Below, one piece after another: positions 18,028 through 27,609 of a stretch of 64,000 nt of DNA. Position 1 is the stretch's first letter. Each line of letters starts with the position of its first letter. The DNA is from a bacterium (lineage in GTDB: Bacteria > Zhuqueibacterota > Zhuqueibacteria > Residuimicrobiales > Krinioviventaceae). A program made the translations under genes and the position numbers. Below the pieces are notes generated by a model. It saw only the letters and a program-made list of their open reading frames with translations. It ran no database searches and had not been told where the DNA came from. The stretch covers positions 32,001 to 96,000 of the forward strand of contig CAXXFV010000007.1 of NCBI GenBank assembly GCA_963674595.2, read 5' to 3'.

Positions 18028-19748
18028 GATTCATCTCCTTCTGAAAATTCAGAGAATGATTTTATGATTGAATCGAGGGTGATTTCTGTTTCCGACGCAT
18101 TTTCTCCCAGTAAATAGGCGATTTGCTGAACCGTAGCCAGGTTTTTTTCAATCACTTTTTGGGTTTGTTCAATTATTTTTTCTTTATTTAAAATGGCCTT
18201 GGAATAGTTTTGGAAAATACCACCGACAATTCTGTTGGCTTCAATTGTAAAAATAGAACCCAATAATACTTTATCGTTTAATGTGATTTTTTGATTTAAT
18301 AAATCCTCTCCATTTTCTAAAACAGTTTGAAATTTATCAGCGAATGATATGGTTTTTTCAAGATGGGCGCCGCTTAATCCCGGCACCGTTTTATAAACAA
18401 GTTCCGCATCCGTTCCGAGTAAATGAACAAAGTTGTAATTACATTCGATGACATGTAATTTATGATCAACAATGACAACACCCGACGGCATTGTTTTTAA
18501 CAGGGCGTTTGCTTTTTTACCCGCCAGTTTTCTCATATAAGTTACACACATACTCTGTTCGGCTTTTCCGTCCAAAAGAGCATGTGCAAAATCGCGGCAG
18601 TTATCATATCCGCATCCCGAACAGTTCAGCTCATCTTTTTTATCATATTTTCCAATGCTTTCAAGCGTTTTTATTATATTTTCTTCCGTGTGTTCGTGTT
18701 TTTTTATGGTCGTTATTTCCGGTTTATAGTTTATATCCAGGGTCGTTTTACGTGGAATTTTTTCTTCCGGATAGGTTGAATAATTTATAAGGTTCAAACG
18801 TTTTGAGATTGATTTATCTGCCTCGCTGCATCCCGGACCGTTTATGCACCCGTTCCGGCAAGCTAATAATTCCAGAACCAGATTACCGTCTGTTTTCAAT
18901 GTCGGCAAATCATGTAATGCATCAATGACATTATCAACACCGGAAAAAGTCATAAATGTTGTGTCCTTGACTGTACAATTCGCCCGGATTCCGGCAATCA
19001 TACCACCGTCAATCGGATACAAAGCACCTTCCTGGGCCTGTTCCGGCCAGAATTTATCTTGTTTTGTCGGCACTATTTTTTCAAGATCGATCTGTTCCTG
19101 GTCAAGCCACTGTTGTAAATCTTTAAATGTGGCAGCAATATTTAATAAATCCGAATTTTCATCCGCCTCCCACTTTTTGGAAAAACAGGGACCAAAAAAG
19201 ACAATACCAATATCATTTCCCAGTTTTTGCCGGATCATGCGGCAGTGCGTCAACAAGGGGGAAAACATATCTGCCAGCATTGTATTACATTCAGGATAGT
19301 ATTTTTTCACCAGGTTGACAACAGACGGGCATGCCGAAGAGATAATAATTTTGTTTTCCATACTGGAAATTTTCTTTGCCATGTGGGCTGAAACTTCCTG
19401 CGCGCCAAGGGCTGTTTCCGAAACTGCTGTAAATCCAAGTTGTTTTAATGCGTTTATCATTTGCTCCGGTTTGATATTCGGAAAATCGCTGACAAAAGAG
19501 GGGGCCAGGGATGCAACAACTTTGGGTTTTAATGTTAAAAGGCGTTTGATCCGTTCAATATCGTTTCGAACTCTTTTAGCGCCCACCGGACATACCTGAA
19601 CACACATCCCGCACAAAATACACTGTTCCTGAATAACCGATGCGTTACCGTCTTCCAGGTGTATTGCTTTGACCGGACAGGACCGAACGCATTTGTAACA
19701 GTCCTGACATTCGGCTTTTTCAGTATAAATGGGGTAATAAGGATTCAT
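18024..19748 (-). CDS. Group C sensory [FeFe]-hydrogenase with FeS and PAS domains (HfsB/HydS-like)
   Basis: CQDCYKCVRSCP; variant H-cluster motifs SACPS, GPCFSKKWE, ELLACRNGCINGP; NCSGCGYDNC; PAS region after MPSGVVIVD. Confidence 0.9.
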   Translation of the reverse strand: MNPYYPIYTEKAECQDCYKCVRSCPVKAIHLEDGNASVIQEQCILCGMCVQVCPVGAKRVRNDIERIKRLLTLKPKVVASLAPSFVSDFPNIKPEQMINALKQLGFTAVSETALGAQEVSAHMAKKISSMENKIIISSACPSVVNLVKKYYPECNTMLADMFSPLLTHCRMIRQKLGNDIGIVFFGPCFSKKWEADENSDLLNIAATFKDLQQWLDQEQIDLEKIVPTKQDKFWPEQAQEGALYPIDGGMIAGIRANCTVKDTTFMTFSGVDNVIDALHDLPTLKTDGNLVLELLACRNGCINGPGCSEADKSISKRLNLINYSTYPEEKIPRKTTLDINYKPEITTIKKHEHTEENIIKTLESIGKYDKKDELNCSGCGYDNCRDFAHALLDGKAEQSMCVTYMRKLAGKKANALLKTMPSGVVIVDHKLHVIECNYNFVHLLGTDAELVYKTVPGLSGAHLEKTISFADKFQTVLENGEDLLNQKITLNDKVLLGSIFTIEANRIVGGIFQNYSKAILNKEKIIEQTQKVIEKNLATVQQIAYLLGENASETEITLDSIIKSFSEFSEGDES

Positions 19749-20002
19749 TTTGTATCCTCTCGAATGACATGGTCTAAAATATCTATAACCGTAATCGGCT
19801 CAACCTGGTAATAACTTTTATCGTTTATATTAATAACAGGTCCCTGACTACAGTTACTGGTACACAAACACCCCTGGAAATTTATTTCAGATGATAGATT
19901 GTTTCTTTTAATATATTCCTGTATTATTTCTGTGCTTTTTTTATTGCCTCGTGAAAAACAGGAACTTCCAAGGCAAATTGAAATTTTTATTTTATCCGAC
20001 AT
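19745..20002 (-). CDS. Thioredoxin-like [2Fe-2S] protein (HfsA-like)
   Basis: ICLGSSCFSRG...CLCTSNCSQGP. Confidence 0.85.
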   Translation of the reverse strand: MSDKIKISICLGSSCFSRGNKKSTEIIQEYIKRNNLSSEINFQGCLCTSNCSQGPVININDKSYYQVEPITVIDILDHVIREDTK

Positions 20003-20004
20003 GG

Positions 20005-20628
20005 TTATTTTCCTGATAGAGTATTTACTTGAAAGATAAGGGTTTCCATTGCTTGTGTCAGGTCTATGTTGTTGACGAATACTCCTTTTGGCACATTAAC
20101 CTGACGCGATGAAAAATTGAGCAGTCCTTTAATGCCGCAATTAACCAACTGATTAACAACAGCCTGTGACTGATTGTTAGGGACGCACAGTGCGGCTATT
20201 TGAATCAGGTGTGTTTCTATAAACGGTTCCAATGATTCCATCGGTAATATAGGTGGATTGCCATTTGCATTTATTTTAAAATTGTCTTTGTCAAAGGCGG
20301 CAACAATTTCAATTTTGTTTTCATAAAAACCCCGATAATCTACAAGAGAAGCGCCGATTCTTCCATAACCTACTACTATGATTTTACATCTTTCTTCCAG
20401 ACCTAACAATTTTTCAAATGTTTGCATGAGCTGGTCAACATCATAGCCGCCTTTTTTGTTGCCGGTTATGCCTAATACGAAAAAATCTTTACGAACCTGC
20501 ACCGGTTGTACACCGGCTGCGTCTGCCAAATTTTTTGCATAAATTTTATGAATACCGGCATTTTGAAATTCTTTAAGAGCTGCTTTGTATTGTGATAGCC
20601 GAATAACGTGTCTTTGTGGATTATCCAT
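20005..20628 (-). CDS. rex: Redox-sensing transcriptional repressor Rex
   Basis: RLSQY, QVRKDF...G...GY winged helix; Rossmann VGYGRIG; AAFD; GIKGLLNFS. Confidence 0.9.
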   Translation of the reverse strand: MDNPQRHVIRLSQYKAALKEFQNAGIHKIYAKNLADAAGVQPVQVRKDFFVLGITGNKKGGYDVDQLMQTFEKLLGLEERCKIIVVGYGRIGASLVDYRGFYENKIEIVAAFDKDNFKINANGNPPILPMESLEPFIETHLIQIAALCVPNNQSQAVVNQLVNCGIKGLLNFSSRQVNVPKGVFVNNIDLTQAMETLIFQVNTLSGK

Positions 20629-20654
20629 TGGTTTTCTCCTTTAGTTGACAGCCA

Positions 20655-20683
20655 AATTTAATGAATAATTTTACAAAAAGCAA
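20655..20683 (-). promoter_or_regulatory. Sigma70-type promoter with overlapping candidate Rex operator
   Basis: Minus strand TTGCTT (20683-20678), 17-bp spacer, TAAATT (20660-20655); TTGTAAAATTATTCATTA (20676-20659) matches 11 of 14 positions of TTGTGAAnnnnTTCACAA. Confidence 0.65.
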
Positions 20684-20949
20684 GTATATTGTTCTATTAT
20701 GGAACATTATATGTGGTTGTTGGTTAATAAAAGAACTGTAATTTGTTTGAATATTTAAATTTATCGATACTAATCAGTTTTAATCTGTACCAGAATAAAT
20801 TTTATAAAAAACGATAAACATGTTGAATTGATCTGTATTATTTACTAGTTTTTATCTAGTATTTTGATTTGTTGTAAAGGATAAGTTAGGTCACCGAGTT
20901 TGCCTTCATAAAGGCAGATAATTGTTTTTATTAAACAAAGGAGCACAAA

Positions 20950-21354
20950 ATGAACCTAAAGCGATTGATTCCGGCAACATTGGCTGTTTTTATTACTTTT
21001 CAGGTTACAGATTTTCTTATTCATAGTTTAATTCTTGCCTCCTCTTATGCGGCTTTGCAGGAACTCTGGCGGCCGGACATGATGTCAAAAATGTGGATTA
21101 TGACGCTCACTTCTCTCTTTATGTCATTTATGTTTGTGTTTATATTTATCAAGGGTTATGAGAAAAAGGGGATTTGCGAGGGATTCCGTTTCGGGATTAT
21201 TATCGGGCTTTTTATGAGTGTAACCGCTATGTTGAATCAATACGTGGTTTATCCGGTACCCTTTAGCATGGTAATTCAATGGCTGATTTATGGGCTCATT
21301 CAATTTATTCTTGCCGGAATCGTTGTCAGTTTGATTTATAAACCCAAAGCTTAG
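20950..21354 (+). CDS. Four-helix membrane protein, unknown function
   Basis: Four hydrophobic segments, GFRFGIIIG; GGAG RBS. Confidence 0.75.
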   Translation: MNLKRLIPATLAVFITFQVTDFLIHSLILASSYAALQELWRPDMMSKMWIMTLTSLFMSFMFVFIFIKGYEKKGICEGFRFGIIIGLFMSVTAMLNQYVVYPVPFSMVIQWLIYGLIQFILAGIVVSLIYKPKA

Positions 21355-21368
21355 ATTTAGATTGTATT

Positions 21369-21405
21369 GACGACAAGGTAAGGTCTTTGCCTTACCTTGT
21401 CGTTT
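21369..21405 (+). terminator. Intrinsic terminator
   Basis: 14-bp stem acgacaaggtaagg / ccttaccttgtcgt followed by Ts. Confidence 0.8.
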
Positions 21406-21523
21406 AAATAAAAACAAACCTGACGATTGAAAAATCGTTAATAATAATTATTTTATAATGGGTCGGCAAAATTCTCAGAGGTTTTGCTTGAATACAATAA
21501 TTACATACCAAAGGGACAATTCA

Positions 21524-22174
21524 ATGAATATGGGAAAAGTCATTGTACGGACAATTGTTATATTGAGTTTTGCTGCAAGTAGTGCTTTTTGCGATAACAG
21601 CATTATCGGATTTGGCGGAGGTTCCGCACATGCTCTCGGTGAAGGCAGCGAGTATTGGAAAACAGGTTTTAATATGAACGGAGAATTGTTTCAAAAGGTT
21701 TCCGAATATACTTATTTTGGGGTACGTGCATCATTTAACCGGTGGAGTCCTGATCAAAGTAAAGTGGAGAATGATTTAACCAGTGAAGTGAGAAATGATT
21801 ACTGGTATCACTCTACAGTCAATTTGTTGGATGTACATCTCGATGGTTCTTTTACGACTCTTGAAATTATCCCAAGTTTTAAATTTATAACAAAACCAAA
21901 TCCTGATGAACCGTCACAATTATTTGGTCAGCTGGGTGCAGGAATGTATTTTTGCAACGCTGACATAAAAGCAACCGCAAGAGTATCCAGCAGGACTGTG
22001 ACTGTCAAAGTTAATGAAACAGAAAATAGAATCGGTGTAAATGGCGGTGTGGGTTTAATCATTGGAGGAAAAGTAACCAAATTGGCTATCAATTCCATGT
22101 TTCATCTGGTCTTTACGGATGATGAATGGACAAAATATATCAATATCAACCTGAATATTTTATTTTGTAATTGA
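21524..22174 (+). CDS. Outer membrane beta-barrel protein (OmpA/OmpW-like membrane domain)
   Basis: Signal peptide, alternating beta-strands, FGQLGAGMY, IGVNGGVG. Confidence 0.7.
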   Translation: MNMGKVIVRTIVILSFAASSAFCDNSIIGFGGGSAHALGEGSEYWKTGFNMNGELFQKVSEYTYFGVRASFNRWSPDQSKVENDLTSEVRNDYWYHSTVNLLDVHLDGSFTTLEIIPSFKFITKPNPDEPSQLFGQLGAGMYFCNADIKATARVSSRTVTVKVNETENRIGVNGGVGLIIGGKVTKLAINSMFHLVFTDDEWTKYININLNILFCN

Positions 22175-22310
22175 TTTTTTTGTCAGGTTTGTTTTATAAA
22201 TATTTGGATTGATAAAAAAACAAAATTGTCCTTTTTTCATTTCTAATATTTATTATATTTATAAAGAAAGGTGAGTCAGTAAAGCAGTTTTTTATAAACA
22301 GGAGCCTGCT

Positions 22311-24095
22311 ATGAAAAATAAATCATCTCGCCTCCATTATATTTTATCACTGTTCTTTTTCGTTATTGCCATAACGTCCTGTCATCGACAGGAATTATCT
22401 GTCAAAGATGTTATGGATAACATTGTCACGCGGTTTTATGCAACAATGGACGATGCCGAACTGGAACAGCTTGATGACCAGAAAATCATGAATTTGATTA
22501 CCCCGGAAGAAAAACAAGTTCTAGCCACCCGATACTGGACTTTTGATGTAAATGTTCCGGCGGTCGTTTCTGTTATGCAGCATGTGGACCAACCGATTGC
22601 ACCGTTCTGGCTAAAAGAAGCCGGATTTTTTAAGACAGATATGTTTGTTAAGAACGAAGAGTATACCTATCAGGTGTGGCAAAAAAAATTCGATAAAGGG
22701 TCTGTTGCTTTGGGAATTAACGGATTTGACAAACACCGGCCTCATTATTTTGTCGCCGTCGGGCCGCAGGACAAAAATGAAAAACTTGAACTGAGCGGTT
22801 TTTCCCCGGAGAACCAGTATGTTTCCATAATGAAGGAGAGCTCCTTTACCTATCACGATTGGGATGAGCTGGTGTTAACCCAGGTGCCGGAATCTTTAAA
22901 GGGACAGATACTCTTGACGACCATTCGCGGCCGTGCCCGGGAGGCCCATCTCATCGGTGCTTTTCGGACCACCCCTTATCCGTCATCACCTGAACCCGAT
23001 CAAATCATGCTGACCTGGGGTGATGATCCGCAAACAACCGTCAATATTCAATGGCGTACGGACCTTTCCGTTAAAAATGGTGTTGTGCGGTATTGGCAGG
23101 AAAACACACCGGATATAATACGGGAAAAAGCGGCAACACCTAATGTCCTGGAAGACCGGTTACTGCGCAATGACCGTTATATTCATCGGTTTACAGCAGA
23201 GCTGGACTCGTTACAGCCCGGTCAAAAATATTTTTACAAAGTGGGCAATCCGGAAAAAGACCTGTGGAGTGAACAGGCAGAGTTTATAACCGCTCCTTCA
23301 AAACCATCGCCCTTTTCGTTTATATACTTTGGCGATACACACCGGTCGCAGCAATGGGGCAGGTTGATAAATACATCCTTTACGCGTCACCCCAACGTCG
23401 GCTTTTACACCATTGGCGGGGATATTGTCAGCACCGGTTTATATCGTGATGACTGGGACCAGTTATTTGAATATTCCAAAGATGTGATAAAAAACAGACC
23501 TTTGATGCCGGCCATAGGAAACCATGATGATCAGGACGGTCTTGGCGCCGAAATGTTTTATGAGTTATTTGCTTTACCTGAAAACGGTCCGGATACTGTG
23601 GAACCGGAAAAAGCGTTTAGTTTTACCTATGGTAATGCATTCTTTCTGGTCCTTGCCGCCACTTCACCCTATAAAGACCAGGTGAGCTGGATAGAAGAAC
23701 AGCTGGCCAAGTCAACGGCAAAATGGAAATTTGCCATTTTTCATTTTCCGCCCTATTCCATGGAAGAAGATTACCCCCTAATTCGTGAACTATGGTGCCC
23801 GGTTTTTGATAAATATCACGTTGATATGGTAATGTCCGGTCATGTGCATTATTACATGCGGTCCAAACCGATAAACAATGGGCAGGTCGTCAAATCTCCT
23901 GATAAGGGCACGATTTATATGATTTCCATCGGCATACCCAACAGGCAGGTCGATTTGCCGGACGCCGACTTTATCGAAAAACGGTTTGGCGGTGTGATGT
24001 TGTATCAGTATTTTGATATAAATGATAATGTGTTGACGTGCACCAGTTATGACCTTGACGGAAAAGTTTGGGACCGGTTTTCTATTAAAAAATAA
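22311..24095 (+). CDS. Purple acid phosphatase-family metallophosphoesterase with FN3-like domain, lipoprotein
   Basis: FGDTH, GGDIV, IGNHD, FHFPPY, SGHVH; lipobox ITSC. Confidence 0.9.
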   Translation: MKNKSSRLHYILSLFFFVIAITSCHRQELSVKDVMDNIVTRFYATMDDAELEQLDDQKIMNLITPEEKQVLATRYWTFDVNVPAVVSVMQHVDQPIAPFWLKEAGFFKTDMFVKNEEYTYQVWQKKFDKGSVALGINGFDKHRPHYFVAVGPQDKNEKLELSGFSPENQYVSIMKESSFTYHDWDELVLTQVPESLKGQILLTTIRGRAREAHLIGAFRTTPYPSSPEPDQIMLTWGDDPQTTVNIQWRTDLSVKNGVVRYWQENTPDIIREKAATPNVLEDRLLRNDRYIHRFTAELDSLQPGQKYFYKVGNPEKDLWSEQAEFITAPSKPSPFSFIYFGDTHRSQQWGRLINTSFTRHPNVGFYTIGGDIVSTGLYRDDWDQLFEYSKDVIKNRPLMPAIGNHDDQDGLGAEMFYELFALPENGPDTVEPEKAFSFTYGNAFFLVLAATSPYKDQVSWIEEQLAKSTAKWKFAIFHFPPYSMEEDYPLIRELWCPVFDKYHVDMVMSGHVHYYMRSKPINNGQVVKSPDKGTIYMISIGIPNRQVDLPDADFIEKRFGGVMLYQYFDINDNVLTCTSYDLDGKVWDRFSIKK

Positions 24096-24153
24096 TTGAA
24101 TTAAACGGGAACGTAAATTTGAAAAATCAGGTATATAGATAAGGAGAGTTTCC

Positions 24154-24807
24154 ATGAAACGAATTTTATTAACAGTTTTAATATTATCATTTTTTGTTTT
24201 TATGTCAGCGTGTTCACAAAAAGGCCCGGACAAAGATGCTGTAAAATTGTGGAACGGAACGGATTTTTCCGGCTGGGAACGTTATATTCCCTGTGATAGT
24301 GTTGATGTTAATAGCGTATGGTCGGTAACAGAGGGCGCCATTCATTGCCAGGGCGTGCCTACCGGGTATATGCGTACGGTTGATGATTATTCTGATTTTA
24401 TTTTAACCCTGGAATGGCGCTGGCTCAAACTTGCCGGAAACAGCGGTGTGCTGCTTTATGTTCAGGAACCGGACCAGGTCTGGCCGAATTGTGTTGAATG
24501 TCAGTTAAAATCCGGACATGCCGGAGATTTTGTGCTTATCGGTCCCGGCTCTATTACAGTGGATGAAAAAGAGTATGAAAATACCGAGCAATTTTTAGTG
24601 ATCCCCAAAAAATACCAAAGCAACGAAAAACCAATTGGTGAATGGAACCAATATAAAATTGTCAGTGAAAATAATACCATTACCTGTTATGTTAATGGTG
24701 TCAAGCAGAACTATGGAATTAATCCGTCACTTTCTATGGGGAAAATTGCCTTACAAAGTGAAGGTATTCCTATAGAGTTTAAAAATATTTTTATTAAAAA
24801 ACTGTAA
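24154..24807 (+). CDS. DUF1080 (3-keto-disaccharide hydrolase) family lipoprotein
   Basis: LWNGTDFSGW, LEWRW..GNSGV, GEWNQY, IALQSEG.PIEFKNI. Confidence 0.85.
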   Translation: MKRILLTVLILSFFVFMSACSQKGPDKDAVKLWNGTDFSGWERYIPCDSVDVNSVWSVTEGAIHCQGVPTGYMRTVDDYSDFILTLEWRWLKLAGNSGVLLYVQEPDQVWPNCVECQLKSGHAGDFVLIGPGSITVDEKEYENTEQFLVIPKKYQSNEKPIGEWNQYKIVSENNTITCYVNGVKQNYGINPSLSMGKIALQSEGIPIEFKNIFIKKL

Positions 24808-24821
24808 TTAGAGGTATAACA

Positions 24822-25619
24822 TTGTCGATAACTGGCTTTTTTAAAAATAAAAAAAGTAAAAAGAAAAAAATTGGATTAGCGCTCGGAGGCGGGGCTGTTC
24901 TCGGCGCTGTTCATGTCGGTGTTTTACAGGCCATTAAAGAGTATGATATAAAGCTTGAGGCGATATCGGGCACCAGTATAGGCGCTTTTATCGCCGCTTT
25001 ATATGCCTGCGGTAAGACCCCTATGGAAATTCAAAAAATAGCTGAAAAATTGAGCTGGTTTGATATAACTACTATTTCACTGTCTCAATTAGGACTCCTT
25101 TCAAATTCTAAATTTAAAAAAGTCATTGGCGAGACAATTAACAAAGCGACTTTTGAACAGACTGAAATTCCACTTGCAATGGTTGCTGCTGATATTTTAA
25201 CAGGAGAAAAGGTTGTTCTCAAATCCGGTGATATTGCCACAGCAGTTATGGCAAGCACGTGTATACCCGGTGTTTTTGTCCCTGTTGAACATGAAAACCG
25301 TTTGCTTGTTGACGGCGGCATTATGGAAAATGTTCCGGTTTCACCTCTTAAAGATTTAGGGGCTGATTATATTATCGGCGTTGATTTGTTTGCCAAACAT
25401 AGCTATAAAAAACCTCGTCACCTGGTAGAGTTGTTGGTTAATACTCTGGATATTACCATTATGAATGTATCAAACCTGCAAACCCGGGAAGCTGATGTTG
25501 TGATAACACCCGACCTTTCACATTTCAATTTGATTGATATAAATCAGGTAAAAGATTTGATCCGTATCGGATATCGCGAAGCGAGAAAAGCCCTGAATCA
25601 ACATCTGAAACAATTGTAA
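24822..25619 (+). CDS. Patatin-like phospholipase
   Basis: LGGGAVLG, GTSIG, ASTCIPG, VDGG. Confidence 0.9.
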   Translation: MSITGFFKNKKSKKKKIGLALGGGAVLGAVHVGVLQAIKEYDIKLEAISGTSIGAFIAALYACGKTPMEIQKIAEKLSWFDITTISLSQLGLLSNSKFKKVIGETINKATFEQTEIPLAMVAADILTGEKVVLKSGDIATAVMASTCIPGVFVPVEHENRLLVDGGIMENVPVSPLKDLGADYIIGVDLFAKHSYKKPRHLVELLVNTLDITIMNVSNLQTREADVVITPDLSHFNLIDINQVKDLIRIGYREARKALNQHLKQL

Positions 25620-26777
25620 TTGATTAATATGAGGTGTATGTTTAACATAATATTTTTATTAAAACTTTTATTACTAACAGGTTGTAATCAAATTGAACAA
25701 AGCGAGAGTTTGGTTAAAAGGCTTGATGGAATAAATATTGACTCTTTAATTTGTTACCAGGTAAACAACCCGGCAATTCCTGCCATAGCTGTTGGGGTAT
25801 TTGACGATGATACGCTGTTAACTTTTTCGCATGGTGTCAAGGGAATTGACCTCAAAGTTCCTATTGAAAAAGACGATAAATTCAATATCGGTTCATGTAC
25901 AAAAGCTGTTACTGCCTTTTTAGCGGCCAGAATTATTAAAAAAGGATTAATAAAATACAGCACCACAATAGGTGAAATTTTCAGCAGTGATATTTCAATT
26001 AATTCTTATTATCATAACAAAACGCTTGGAGATTTATTATCTCACAGAGCAGGAATTAGAGCCTTTACAGAGGAACATGAATTTAAAAATATTCCTAAAG
26101 AATTATATAAACCGGATGTTCAGAACAAAAGACAATTATTTTCAAAATGGGTTTTGACTTTGCCTCCCGTCGTAGATAAGAGGAAAGAATTTGTTTATTC
26201 AAACGCAGGATACTCTGTTGCTGCGAGTATGATGGAGGCTGTAACCGATAAAACATGGGAAGAGCTGGTTCAGGAAGAAATATTTGATCCTCTGAAAATT
26301 GAAGGATGGTTTGGATGGCCTCATTTATATTCTCCTCAACAAACAAAGGGTCATCTTAATCCACATGAATATGACTTGAAAAGTGAGAATAAACTCGTTC
26401 AGTTTCCCGACTCCTCGGACTATGATATTTCTTTTCTTGAGCCAGGTGGAAATATAACCTTATCTATTAAAGAATTTGTAACTTTTGTGCAAGAGCTTTT
26501 AAAAGGCATTGAGGGTAAAGGGACTTTATTAAATAATAAAGAATATAAAGATTTACTGGTTTCAAATTATACTTATTCAAATGGTTGGTATCAGTATTTA
26601 GTCAATAATCAATTCTATTTAGGCCATGAGGGCAGTAATGGACCGTTTTACGCAAGGGCTTTGATATGCAAAGGCCTGAACTATGGATTGGTTATTTTAT
26701 CAAATTCAGGTAATAAAGAGACAATAAATGGAATACAGCAAATTACAAATGATATAACCAGAGTGCTTGCAGAATAA
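25620..26777 (+). CDS. Serine hydrolase, beta-lactamase/S12 family, probable lipoprotein
   Basis: SCTK (SxxK), LLSHRAG, YSN, HEG; start codon uncertain. Confidence 0.85.
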   Translation: MINMRCMFNIIFLLKLLLLTGCNQIEQSESLVKRLDGINIDSLICYQVNNPAIPAIAVGVFDDDTLLTFSHGVKGIDLKVPIEKDDKFNIGSCTKAVTAFLAARIIKKGLIKYSTTIGEIFSSDISINSYYHNKTLGDLLSHRAGIRAFTEEHEFKNIPKELYKPDVQNKRQLFSKWVLTLPPVVDKRKEFVYSNAGYSVAASMMEAVTDKTWEELVQEEIFDPLKIEGWFGWPHLYSPQQTKGHLNPHEYDLKSENKLVQFPDSSDYDISFLEPGGNITLSIKEFVTFVQELLKGIEGKGTLLNNKEYKDLLVSNYTYSNGWYQYLVNNQFYLGHEGSNGPFYARALICKGLNYGLVILSNSGNKETINGIQQITNDITRVLAE

Positions 26778-26843
26778 CTGTGTAATTGAAATATTTTCAG
26801 TTCGTTTTTAAATATCAAAATTAAAGGAGTCGTTTAACACGTT

Positions 26844-27581
26844 ATGAAAAGAAATCTTTTTCTAGTGATTATATCTGTAATGTTTTTGGGGACAGCTTTA
26901 GCAGAGGACATATACAAATATCCGGATTATGAAAAATTTTCAGAAAAATATCCCCAACGTTTTAAAAATACAGCACAAAATGTTCTTGCACCGGCCTATC
27001 CCTATCTGGCAGAATATCTTGTGGACCGGTATTCTCTCAAAGACAAGTCCGGTATCGGCATCGATATCGGCGGCGGGTCAGGTAATGTGGTCCTCGAACT
27101 CGTAAAAAAAACGGAAAAGTTTTATTGGATCAGCACCGATATTAACACCTATTTTTTTGAAATAATATGTAAAAATGCGGCAGAACAGTCACTTGCTCAT
27201 CGTCTTGGTATTGTTTTCGCCGATGCGCATTGTTTGCCTTTTAAGGACAATTATGCGGATATCGTTGTTTCCCGAGGATCATTTTGGATATGGAAAAATA
27301 AGGAACTGGCCTTTTCCGAAATTTACCGGGTATTAAAACCGGGTGGAACCGCTTTTATCGGCAGGGGTTTTACCGACAATATGCCGCTGAAAGTCGCACG
27401 ACAGATTCGTGAAAAACAAGGCAAAAAATCCCTGAATTACGATCCGGATGAAACAGCCAAAGAACTTGCAGCCATTATGGAAAAGCTAGGAATTGAGAAT
27501 TATAAAATCCATCGGCCAAAGAGTGAGCAGAAAGAAGTGAGCTATGGAGTATGGGTGGAATTTTCAAAATCCGGCAATTAA
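26844..27581 (+). CDS. Class I SAM-dependent methyltransferase with N-terminal signal-like peptide
   Basis: IDIGGGSG, ADAHCLPF, DIVVSRGS, EIYRVLKPGG. Confidence 0.85.
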   Translation: MKRNLFLVIISVMFLGTALAEDIYKYPDYEKFSEKYPQRFKNTAQNVLAPAYPYLAEYLVDRYSLKDKSGIGIDIGGGSGNVVLELVKKTEKFYWISTDINTYFFEIICKNAAEQSLAHRLGIVFADAHCLPFKDNYADIVVSRGSFWIWKNKELAFSEIYRVLKPGGTAFIGRGFTDNMPLKVARQIREKQGKKSLNYDPDETAKELAAIMEKLGIENYKIHRPKSEQKEVSYGVWVEFSKSGN

Positions 27582-27609
27582 TTTACTAATTGCCGGACAG
27601 GTTAAAATA

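Noticed and set aside
20885-20920. AAGGCAAAC-containing hairpin resembling the start of a c-di-GMP-I riboswitch
   Set aside because: The GNRA loop and GACGCAAAG segment needed for the aptamer are absent
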